DNA of 28,681 nucleotides from a virus (Duplodnaviria; Heunggongvirae; Uroviricota; Caudoviricetes): IMG/VR virus record IMGVR_UViG_2563366854_000003, positions 1 to 28,681 of that record; one strand, 5' to 3'. Shown piece by piece: positions 15,951 to 23,089 of this stretch (position 1 is its first letter; each line of letters starts with the position of its first letter). The notes under the pieces were generated by a model. It saw only the letters and a program-made list of their open reading frames with translations, ran no database searches and was not told where the DNA came from. The position numbers and the translations under genes were made by a program.

Positions 15951-16286
15951 TTATGGACTTTGTTGTTTTAGTCCATAAGGACATATTTGCAGAGTGCAAC
16001 GGTTATTAAAGCATTCATTCAATACGTTATCTGTATTTGTAGGGCATTCCTGGCTGTTTTTGATTAAATTCCAGAATGTTTTATTGAATGGCACTACGTT
16101 GTAAATGGTTACAGGTAGCACTTTGTTATTGAGCATGATGCCTGTGTGAGTCAGTGTAAATATACTTTCAGGAGGTAAGAAAGCATCCGATTGATACCAG
16201 ATTATTAATTTTATTTTACTCCATATGACTGAAAAAGATATTCCGCATGATGGCTGGATAACTGTATCAATCACAATCCACTTCAT
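15951..16286 (-). CDS. Orphan hypothetical protein in the AT-rich segment at the stx-equivalent position
   Basis: 111-aa ORF with a good AAGGAAA RBS 6 nt upstream of its ATG; AT-rich codon usage unlike neighbouring phage genes; Cys-containing C-terminus; no recognisable family. Confidence 0.4.
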   Translation of the reverse strand: MKWIVIDTVIQPSCGISFSVIWSKIKLIIWYQSDAFLPPESIFTLTHTGIMLNNKVLPVTIYNVVPFNKTFWNLIKNSQECPTNTDNVLNECFNNRCTLQICPYGLKQQSP

Positions 16287-16531
16287 TTAGTTTCCTTGTT
16301 TATGCCTTGCTGGTGATGTTCTGAAAAGTATAAATGATATTTTTGATTGTAAACCATAGAGCAGAATTATTTTTCTGATGTTGTTTATTGTTTATTTAAA
16401 TGCAGGGTGGTTTATATCTCGTCTTGTAGTTTATCCATGCATATCTGCTTGATGATGAGGTTTTTATTTAAGGTATGGTTTTGTTTTTTTTCTGTATTAC
16501 ATGTCAGGTATTTTAAAGAATCATTTTTCAG

Positions 16532-18403
16532 ATGGTGGAAAGAACCATGGCATTTAAACACTATGATGTTGTCAGGGCGGCGTCGCCGTCAGATCTTGCG
16601 GAAAAGCTGACACATAAACTGAAAGAGGGCTGGCAGCCGTTTGGTAGTCCGGTGGCCATAACCCCTTATACCCTGATGCAGGCGATTGCAGCAGAAGGTG
16701 ATGTGGTCGTCAGTGGTGCAACTGAGCCGGAGTGGTACTACGTCATCGTACTGGCCGGGCAGTCCAATGCCATGGCTTACGGTGAAGGGCTTCCGCTTCC
16801 GGATTCATACGATGCGCCCCATCCGCGCATTAAGCAACTGGCCCGTCGTAACACAGTGACTCCCGGTGGCGAAGTATGCGTATTTAACGACATCATTCCT
16901 GCTGACCATTGTCTGCATGATGTTCAGGATATGAGTACGATTAACCATCCCCGGGCTGACCTGAGCAAAGGGCAGTACGGTTGTGTCGGACAGGGCTTAC
17001 ATATTGCCAAAAAACTGCTTCCGTATATCCCTAATAATGCGGGGATCCTGCTGGTACCATGCTGTCGTGGTGGTTCGGCATTCACCAAGGGCACGGAGGG
17101 GACATTCAGCGAGTCCACGGGGGCCAGTCAGGATTCGGCTCGCTGGGGAGTGGGTAAGCCGTTATATCAGGATCTGCTTTTCCGCACGAAGGCAGCATTG
17201 CAGAAAAACCCGAAAAACGTTTTGCTGGCGATATGCTGGATGCAGGGGGAATTTGACATGAGCGCTGCCACCTACGCACAGCAACCGGACCTGTTCACGG
17301 CCATGCTGAAGCAGTTCCGTACTGACCTTTCCGGATTTAACGCGCAGTGCCATGGCGGCAGTGCTGCAGTTGTACCGTGGATTTGTGGCGACACGACGTA
17401 TTACTGGAAAAACACATACGGCACACAGTATGACTCCGTCTACGGCGCGTACAAAAACAGGGAGAGCGACAACGTTTTCTTTGTGCCGTTCATGACCGAC
17501 GGTAACGGCAACAACACGCCCACCAACTTACCGGCAGAAGACCCGGATATTGCTGATGCAGGTTATTACGGCGCGCAATCCCGTAGTAATGGTAATTGGG
17601 TATCGTCAAATCGTCCGACACATTTCAGTTCATGGGCGCGCAGGGGCATTATTTCGGATCGCCTGGCAACCGCTATTCTGAACGCAGTTGGTCGAACCAG
17701 CGCCTTCATCAGCGGTACCGCACCGGAGATTAAACCCTCGCCCGGCGGCGACACGCCATCGGGGCCGTCTGATGGTGACACATCCGTTCGTACAGTCTCC
17801 CTGCTGCCGACAGCCGGAGAGGCTGCTGCGCAGGGCTGGACCATCACCGGCGGCAGTGTTGCGCTGGAAGATGGTGTGTTTAAGGTTACCAAGCAGAGCA
17901 ATAAAACCTGGTCCCTGATGCATCCGGTGGATGACGCAGTCTCCCTGCTGACACGGGGTGGCAGACTGAGCTGTAAGTTTCGACTGTCAGGCGCACTGAC
18001 CAACAACCAGTTCGGTCTGGGAATTTATCTGTATACCGATGTAGCGTTACCTGACGTCGTGGCGATGACCGGGACTGGTAACCCGTTCCTGATGTCGTTC
18101 TTCACCCAGACCACAGACGGCAAACTGAATCTGATGCATCACAAGAAAGCCGGAAACACAAAGTTGGGCGAGTTCGGGAATTACAGTAACGACTGGCAGA
18201 CGCTGGAGCTGGTGTTCACCGCCGGCAGTGCCACGGTTACTCCGAAACTGAATGGAGTGGCTGGCCCGGCATTCCAGGTCATAAAAGACAGTCTGACACT
18301 GGGGCTGAATGCGCTGACGCTGACGGATATTACCAAAAATGCAGCGTATGGCGTTGAGATAGAAAGTCTGGTGCTGGAGATAAATGCACCGGCATCATCA
18401 TAA
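16532..18403 (+). CDS. NanS-p-like sialate O-acetylesterase (DUF1737 N-terminal domain + SASA/SGNH esterase domain + C-terminal extension)
   Basis: 623 aa; N-terminus 'MAFKHYDVVRAASPSDLAEKL...GWQPFG' (DUF1737-like) then 'VIVLAGQSNAMAYGEG' (GQSN esterase block); the position between the tRNA cluster and holin matches the yjhS/nanS-p homologue of Stx phages. True start may be the ATG at 16547. Confidence 0.8.
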   Translation: MVERTMAFKHYDVVRAASPSDLAEKLTHKLKEGWQPFGSPVAITPYTLMQAIAAEGDVVVSGATEPEWYYVIVLAGQSNAMAYGEGLPLPDSYDAPHPRIKQLARRNTVTPGGEVCVFNDIIPADHCLHDVQDMSTINHPRADLSKGQYGCVGQGLHIAKKLLPYIPNNAGILLVPCCRGGSAFTKGTEGTFSESTGASQDSARWGVGKPLYQDLLFRTKAALQKNPKNVLLAICWMQGEFDMSAATYAQQPDLFTAMLKQFRTDLSGFNAQCHGGSAAVVPWICGDTTYYWKNTYGTQYDSVYGAYKNRESDNVFFVPFMTDGNGNNTPTNLPAEDPDIADAGYYGAQSRSNGNWVSSNRPTHFSSWARRGIISDRLATAILNAVGRTSAFISGTAPEIKPSPGGDTPSGPSDGDTSVRTVSLLPTAGEAAAQGWTITGGSVALEDGVFKVTKQSNKTWSLMHPVDDAVSLLTRGGRLSCKFRLSGALTNNQFGLGIYLYTDVALPDVVAMTGTGNPFLMSFFTQTTDGKLNLMHHKKAGNTKLGEFGNYSNDWQTLELVFTAGSATVTPKLNGVAGPAFQVIKDSLTLGLNALTLTDITKNAAYGVEIESLVLEINAPASS

Positions 18404-18553
18404 AAAGTGAGCCAGTCAAATGGAAGGTATCGTTAAACTCACCGGTAGTGTCAGTGGGTCGTCTGAGATGCCTGCATGAGTTATCAGAGCCATCAGTACT
18501 TAACTGGTGGCTTTTTTTATTGTTGTCAGCTTCCGGATAACGGGAGACGGGGT

Positions 18554-18769
18554 ATGTACCAGATGGAAAAAATCACAACAGGTGTGTCATACACCACGTC
18601 AGCGGTGGGAACGGGCTACTGGTTCCTGCAGTTGCTGGACAGGGTTTCCCCGTCTCAGTGGGCGGCAATAGGCGTGCTGGGGAGTCTGCTGTTTGGGCTG
18701 CTGACATATCTGACTAACCTGTATTTCAAAATCAGAGAGGACCGTCGTAAGGCGGCACGGGGAGAGTAA
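18554..18769 (+). CDS. S: Class II holin (pinholin, S21-like)
   Basis: 71 aa from internal ATG 18554 with dual-start motif 'MYQMEK'; '[51 protein letters not shown]', two TM segments and charged C-terminus. Confidence 0.85.
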   Translation: MYQMEKITTGVSYTTSAVGTGYWFLQLLDRVSPSQWAAIGVLGSLLFGLLTYLTNLYFKIREDRRKAARGE

Positions 18770-18773
18770 TTCA

Positions 18774-19124
18774 ATGACTCAAAACTATGAACTGATTGTG
18801 AAAGGGATCCGCAATTTTGAGAATAAAGTTACGGTAACTTTAGCGTTACGGGACAAAAAACGCTTTGACGGTGAAATTTTTGACCTGGACATCTCGCTGG
18901 ACCGTGTTGAAGGTGCCACGCTGGAGTTTTATGAGGCAGCAGCCAGAAGGAGCATCAGACAGGTCTTCCTGGATGTTGCTGCCGGGTTATGTGAAGGGGA
19001 TGAGCAGTCGCCGGAAAAGCGCCCCGTAATTTTAGAGGCGCAGAATGTATGGATAACCTACAAAGGAAAGCTACCGGGAATAATTACTGGTTCTCTGAAG
19101 ACTCCTCCGGAATCACAACCTTAA
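18774..19124 (+). CDS. Hypothetical protein between holin and endolysin
   Basis: 116-aa ORF in the same orientation, tightly spaced after S; no recognisable motif. Confidence 0.5.
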   Translation: MTQNYELIVKGIRNFENKVTVTLALRDKKRFDGEIFDLDISLDRVEGATLEFYEAAARRSIRQVFLDVAAGLCEGDEQSPEKRPVILEAQNVWITYKGKLPGIITGSLKTPPESQP

Positions 19125-19187
19125 GTCACTGACCGGAACAGATAAACCTGTCCGTGGGCAGAAACCGATAAATCCTGATAAATATCC

Positions 19188-19721
19188 ATGAACACCAAAA
19201 TCAAATACGGCTTGTCGGCTGCCGTTCTGGCGCTGATTGCCGCTGGTGCGCCTGCGCCTGACATTCTCGACCAGTTTCTGGATGAAAAGGAAGGTAACCA
19301 CACCACGGCATACCGTGATGGCGCGGGTATCTGGACCATCTGCCGCGGTGCCATCCTGGTGGATGGCAAACCTGTCGTTCCGGGCATGAAGTTGTCGAAG
19401 GAAAAATGCGACCGGGTTAACGCCATTGAGCGTGATAAGGCGCTGGCATGGGTGGAGAAAAACATCAGAGTGCCATTGAGTGAACCCCAGAAAGCGGGGA
19501 TCGCGTCATTCTGTCCGTACAACATTGGCCCCGGTAAGTGTTTTCCGTCGACGTTTTATAAACGAATTAATGCAGGTGATCGCAGGGGAGCGTGTGAGGC
19601 GATTCGCTGGTGGATTAAGGACGGTGGCAGGGACTGCCGTATTCGCTCAAATAACTGTTACGGTCAGGTATCCCGTCGTGACCAGGAGAGCGCGCTGGCG
19701 TGCTGGGGAATCGACAGATAA
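19188..19721 (+). CDS. R: SAR endolysin (GH24 phage lysozyme with N-terminal signal-anchor-release domain)
   Basis: 177 aa; N-terminal weakly hydrophobic Gly/Ala-rich segment 'YGLSAAVLALIAAGAPA'; catalytic triad spacing E-x8-D-x5-T in 'EGNHTTAYRDGAGIWTICRG'. Confidence 0.85.
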   Translation: MNTKIKYGLSAAVLALIAAGAPAPDILDQFLDEKEGNHTTAYRDGAGIWTICRGAILVDGKPVVPGMKLSKEKCDRVNAIERDKALAWVEKNIRVPLSEPQKAGIASFCPYNIGPGKCFPSTFYKRINAGDRRGACEAIRWWIKDGGRDCRIRSNNCYGQVSRRDQESALACWGIDR

Positions 19722-19810
19722 GCAGAATATTTTGCTAATAAATGACGTTGGCCAAGGCGGACGGATAACACGAAATCCTGCGAACTGGCAAAATGTAAGT
19801 GAATAAAAGT

Positions 19811-19849
19811 AAAAACCCCGTTTGTTGGCAGCAAGCGGGGTTTTGTTTT
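19811..19849. terminator. Strong intrinsic terminator hairpin (13-bp stem, 7-nt loop, T-run)
   Basis: AAAACCCCGTTTG-TTGGCAG-CAAGCGGGGTTTT followed by GTTTTTAT; one G-U wobble in the stem. Confidence 0.6.
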
Positions 19850-19915
19850 TATGGCAGTAAGCTATGGGAGGCTGCCTTGATTGATTTTAGCAAACTGATT
19901 AGGGAGTTGCGACTC

Positions 19916-20011
19916 ATGATTAGTCAATTACCAAACTGGAAATTTTTGCTGGTCTGGAGCATCCCTTTTTTATGGGTAGTATCCCAGTTAATTGTGGCAA
20001 TTAAGGGGTAG
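19916..20011 (+). CDS. Small hydrophobic peptide (31 aa), putative membrane peptide A
   Basis: 'MISQLPNWKFLLVWSIPFLWVVSQLIVAIKG'; AGGGAG motif about 10 nt upstream; first of four consecutive small TM-peptide ORFs. Confidence 0.3.
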   Translation: MISQLPNWKFLLVWSIPFLWVVSQLIVAIKG

Positions 20012-20013
20012 CT

Positions 20014-20145
20014 ATGTCAGACAAACTCATAACGCCGGCAAAGGTCCTGTGTGTGATTGTCGGTATTTCATTTTCACTAATGCTGGTTGCTCTTTTTCTG
20101 TCCCTCGCCTGGGTGATGTTGTCTTCGTCGGGGCTGCTGGGGTGA
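20014..20145 (+). CDS. Small hydrophobic peptide (43 aa), putative membrane peptide B
   Basis: 'MSDKLITPAKVLCVIVGISFSLMLVALFLSLAWVMLSSSGLLG'; AAGGGG RBS 6 nt upstream of the ATG; single predicted TM helix. Confidence 0.35.
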   Translation: MSDKLITPAKVLCVIVGISFSLMLVALFLSLAWVMLSSSGLLG

Positions 20146-20264
20146 CAGTGACTGATGACATCAGCAGAGCGCTGGCTTTTGCTATTAAGTGGGTGGCTGT
20201 TGGTATTGCTGTGTCTCCGATGCTGTATGGGCTGGCAAAACTGGTCATTGCGCTGAAATCGTGA
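20142..20264 (+). CDS. Small hydrophobic peptide (about 40 aa, GTG start), putative membrane peptide C
   Basis: GTG at 20142 overlaps the stop of peptide B (GTGA); '...DDISRALAFAIKWVAVGIAVSPMLYGLAKLVIALKS'; resembles peptide D in sequence. Confidence 0.3.
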   Translation: MTVTDDISRALAFAIKWVAVGIAVSPMLYGLAKLVIALKS

Positions 20265-20275
20265 ACTTTAAAAAG

Positions 20276-20362
20276 ATGAGTGCTGAACTTATTCGGGCAA
20301 TGGCATTTGCCATTCGTATTGTGGCCATTGCTGTTCTGGTCTGGGCAATCCGTTGGTGGTGA
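20276..20362 (+). CDS. Small hydrophobic peptide (28 aa), putative membrane peptide D
   Basis: '[28 protein letters not shown]'; stop 1 nt before the Rz start; shares the 'AxAFAI(K/R)xVA(V/I)' core with peptide C. Confidence 0.3.
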   Translation: MSAELIRAMAFAIRIVAIAVLVWAIRWW

Positions 20363-20363
20363 T

Positions 20364-20831
20364 ATGAACCGTGTTCTGTGTGTGGTGATTATTGTCCTGC
20401 TGGTAGCCTGTGGTGTGCTTAGTCTGGGGCTGAATCATTACCGCGATAACGCCATCACCTACAAAGCGCAGCGCGATAAAAAAGTCAGTGAGCTGAAACT
20501 GGCGAACGCGACAATTACTGATATGCAGATACGCCAGCGTGATGTCGCTGAACTTGATGCCAGATACTCGAGGGAATTAGCCGATGCGAGAGCTGAAAAT
20601 GAAACTCTGCGTGCTGATGTTGCCGCTGGTCGTAAGCGCCTGCGGATCAACGCCACCTGCTCCGGTACCGTGCGTGAAGCCACCGGCACCTCCGGCGTGG
20701 ATAATGCAACCGGCCCCCGACTGGCAGACACCGCTGAACGGGATTATTTCATCCTCAGAGAACGGTTGATGACAATGCAGAAGCAGCTGGAAGGGGCACA
20801 GGACTATATCCGCACTCAGTGCCTGAACTAA
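20364..20831 (+). CDS. Rz: Rz i-spanin
   Basis: 155 aa from internal ATG 20364: N-terminal TM '[21 protein letters not shown]' followed by a coiled-coil-rich periplasmic domain; contains the embedded Rz1 frame. Confidence 0.8.
   Translation: MNRVLCVVIIVLLVACGVLSLGLNHYRDNAITYKAQRDKKVSELKLANATITDMQIRQRDVAELDARYSRELADARAENETLRADVAAGRKRLRINATCSGTVREATGTSGVDNATGPRLADTAERDYFILRERLMTMQKQLEGAQDYIRTQCLN
20599..20769 (+). CDS. Rz1: Rz1 o-spanin lipoprotein, embedded in the +1 frame of Rz
   Basis: '[34 protein letters not shown]...': lipobox LVVSAC and Pro-rich mature peptide, entirely within Rz in another frame. Confidence 0.75.
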   Translation: MKLCVLMLPLVVSACGSTPPAPVPCVKPPAPPAWIMQPAPDWQTPLNGIISSSENG

Positions 20832-21163
20832 GTTTTGCTGATGCGCCGTATCGTCGCTGTATTCCCTCATTAACAGAGACCGCAGCCCGACAGGGAGACT
20901 CCTCTGCGCGAGTGTGCGGGGATAATCAAAAACGATACACACCGGGGTTTACCGCGTTAACGGAGCGCGGCGTTGTCCCCTCATAGTCGCCAGTCCGGTG
21001 CGATGGTGGAAGAAACAGGACGATGTGTTACCTCGCAAGCCCTGTTATGTCATGTGTCTGATTTGTGATTTAAGTCGGATAATTGTCGTTGCCATTAAGC
21101 AGAGGATTGATGACCGACAGGGCGGCATTGTTAGAATAAGACTTATTCTTATCTGTGCGGGGA

Positions 21164-21496
21164 ATGAAAATGAAAAGAAATCTTCCGTTAATTATTTTGT
21201 TGTCTTCTCTGGTTATGGGCTGTACGCAACATAAAACAGATATGCCCCGACAGTTGGTTAAGGCATTACCACAATATCCGGCCTATGCAGCGGCAAATTA
21301 TATAAAGGGACGGGTTGATGTGAGGTTTGATATTGGTGCTGATGGTACTGTCACCCGAATTGAGTTTATTCGTTCAGAGCCGCACCATCTGTTTGATGAG
21401 CAGGTTGTAAAGGCGATGGCAAAATGGCGATTTGAGAAGGACAGGCCGTGTAAAGGCGTGAAGAAAACGTTTATCTTTAGTCCTTCTGCACACTGA
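21164..21496 (+). CDS. Lipoprotein with TonB C-terminal-like domain (moron)
   Basis: Signal peptide plus lipobox 'MKMKRNLPLIILLSSLVMGC'; mature part 'PQYPAYAAANYIKGRVDVRFDIGADGTVTRIEFIRSEP...' resembles the TonB C-terminal domain (YP...A...G.V.V.F.I...G.V). Confidence 0.6.
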   Translation: MKMKRNLPLIILLSSLVMGCTQHKTDMPRQLVKALPQYPAYAAANYIKGRVDVRFDIGADGTVTRIEFIRSEPHHLFDEQVVKAMAKWRFEKDRPCKGVKKTFIFSPSAH

Positions 21497-21627
21497 TTAT
21501 TTCATCAGAAATTAATTATCACTCTGTTGTTATTCTGTACATCCCGGCAGGGTAAGTATTGTTCCGTCGGATATGAAGATGAAATATTGTTGGAGGACAG
21601 TGGGTACCTGCTCCTGTAACCGAACGT

Positions 21628-21828
21628 TCATTTCTCGTTATTTGTCATGCTGGCCGGGCGCAGATGCGTTGCATCTGTTGCCAGCCTTCTCCTGCAGGCT
21701 TCAATAACCCACGCTGAAAAGTTACCGGACCCTTTATGCTCAAGGGCGATGTTGATCTGTTCAATCATGTGATTGGGGAAACGGATATTGCGGGTTGTGG
21801 TTCTGCGGGTACGGTTTTTCGATGACAT
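21628..21828 (-). CDS. Ribbon-helix-helix (Arc/CopG-like) small DNA-binding protein
   Basis: 66 aa from internal ATG (minus) at 21828 with AAGGAAA RBS: 'MSSKNRTRRTTTRNIRFPNHMIEQINIALEHKGSGNFSAWVIEACRRRL...', a beta-strand / helix / helix pattern. Confidence 0.5.
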   Translation of the reverse strand: MSSKNRTRRTTTRNIRFPNHMIEQINIALEHKGSGNFSAWVIEACRRRLATDATHLRPASMTNNEK

Positions 21829-21869
21829 ATTTATTTCCTTTACTGATTGCCATATGACGGGGATTTTAC

Positions 21870-22235
21870 ATGGCTGAGCTTCGTACACTCCAGAGCAGAA
21901 TCAAAACACTGAATACCCGACGGGTGAATATTCTGAAGGGTGAACAGCGTCGTGTCAGTGGCAGTGCACGTGTTTCCCTCAAGCGTCATATCTGGCTCAG
22001 GGACGCCGGGCAGTGCCGTCTCTGTGGTCGTGTGGTTGACCTCTGTGACAGTGAACTCGATCACCGAATTGCACTTCAGTTCGGTGGTGGTAATGAGGAG
22101 ACGAATCTCTGGACGCTCTGTACCGAATGCCATCGACAAAAGTCTGCTCGTGAAGCGGCGAGTGATATGCCGGACCCGACGCTGCCGGAGGTGTCCGGAG
22201 GTAGTGGCAGAGAGGACGACATCATCGGACTGTAA
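21870..22235 (+). CDS. HNH endonuclease (terminase-associated)
   Basis: 121 aa; 'CRLCGR...DHRIALQFGGGNEETNLWTLCTECH' HNH motif with flanking Cys pairs; immediately upstream of the terminase genes. Confidence 0.8.
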   Translation: MAELRTLQSRIKTLNTRRVNILKGEQRRVSGSARVSLKRHIWLRDAGQCRLCGRVVDLCDSELDHRIALQFGGGNEETNLWTLCTECHRQKSAREAASDMPDPTLPEVSGGSGREDDIIGL

Positions 22236-22324
22236 CCCGACCCCGGGGGGGTATCATCCGGCGTAAAAAACGATCGCTTTGGACACCGCGCCCCCTCTCA
22301 CGCAGAGAAAAAATTCCCGTTTCA

Positions 22325-22455
22325 GGGCAGTTAACATGTTAACTGGCTGCCCGGGCATTTTTGCGGTTTTTATCTTTATTATTCAGTTTGTTGTGCGGAA
22401 AAAATGTTAACAGGCTTTTTCAGCAAATGTTAACCAGGCAGCAGTTAACATTTGC
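22325..22455. promoter_or_regulatory. Cluster of five ATGTTAAC-core sites including an 18-bp perfect palindrome; candidate cos / terminase-binding region
   Basis: CAGTTAACATGTTAACTG perfect palindrome at 22328-22345; further copies AATGTTAACAGG (22403-22414), AATGTTAACCAGG (22426-22438) and CAGTTAACATTTG (22442-22454, inverted); between the HNH endonuclease and the terminase small subunit. Confidence 0.4.
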
Positions 22456-22525
22456 GGCATGAGACGCCGGGAAAAATGGGCTGAACCATACCCGGCTGAG
22501 TGCGTTCTGGACCCGGGAGGAGGCT

Positions 22526-23089
22526 GTGCTGACAACGCAAAAACGAAAATTTGCGCTGGCGCTCATGTCCGGGAAAAACAAAACAGCGTCAGCCATTGCC
22601 GCCGGTTATTCGGCGAAGACCGCCAGGGTTAAAGGCTCGCAGCTGGCAAAAGATCCTGAGGTGCTTGCGTTTATAGCCCGTAAACAATGCGAGACGGTGG
22701 AGGTGGATGAGGTTCCTGTTTACCGGCAGAAAAAATCAGAGCAGGAGGATAAACCCCGTCGCCGTGAGGCGGCTGCAATACCACAGCCGGACGAAAACAA
22801 TCTGGAGATGCCACCGTCCGCGGTGATGTCTCCTGGTATTGAATATATGGAGGATGGTCTTCCCGATCCGGTGAAAGCCATGGGGCGGATCCTGGTGGAA
22901 AACCTCTGCATTGATCCGAAACTGGCACTGGATGCGGCCTGGCGTCTGGCGCAGTTCACGCACCATAAAAAAGGGGATACCGGGAAAAAATCGGCAAAAG
23001 ATGATGCCGCGAAAAAAGCGGCTAACCGTTTTGCGGTGCCACCGCCACCCCGACTGGTGGTGAATAACGATAATGAGGGCAACGGATGA
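22526..23089 (+). CDS. Terminase small subunit
   Basis: 187 aa; N-terminal HTH-like 'TQKRKFALALMSGKNKTASAIAAGYSAKTARVKGSQLAKDPEVLAFI'; 4-nt overlap with the large subunit. Confidence 0.75.
   Translation: MLTTQKRKFALALMSGKNKTASAIAAGYSAKTARVKGSQLAKDPEVLAFIARKQCETVEVDEVPVYRQKKSEQEDKPRRREAAAIPQPDENNLEMPPSAVMSPGIEYMEDGLPDPVKAMGRILVENLCIDPKLALDAAWRLAQFTHHKKGDTGKKSAKDDAAKKAANRFAVPPPPRLVVNNDNEGNG

Noticed and set aside
15540-16531. Shiga toxin genes (stxA/stxB) expected between the tRNA cluster and nanS-p
   Set aside because: No ORF of appropriate size, orientation or signal-peptide character is present; the only ORF is a minus-strand 111-aa frame unrelated to AB5 toxin subunits as far as can be judged by eye.
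19799-19915. N-terminal part of the 70-aa track ORF 19799-20011
   Set aside because: This part overlaps the strong terminator hairpin at 19811-19849; only the C-terminal 31-aa hydrophobic peptide from the ATG at 19916 is plausibly coding.
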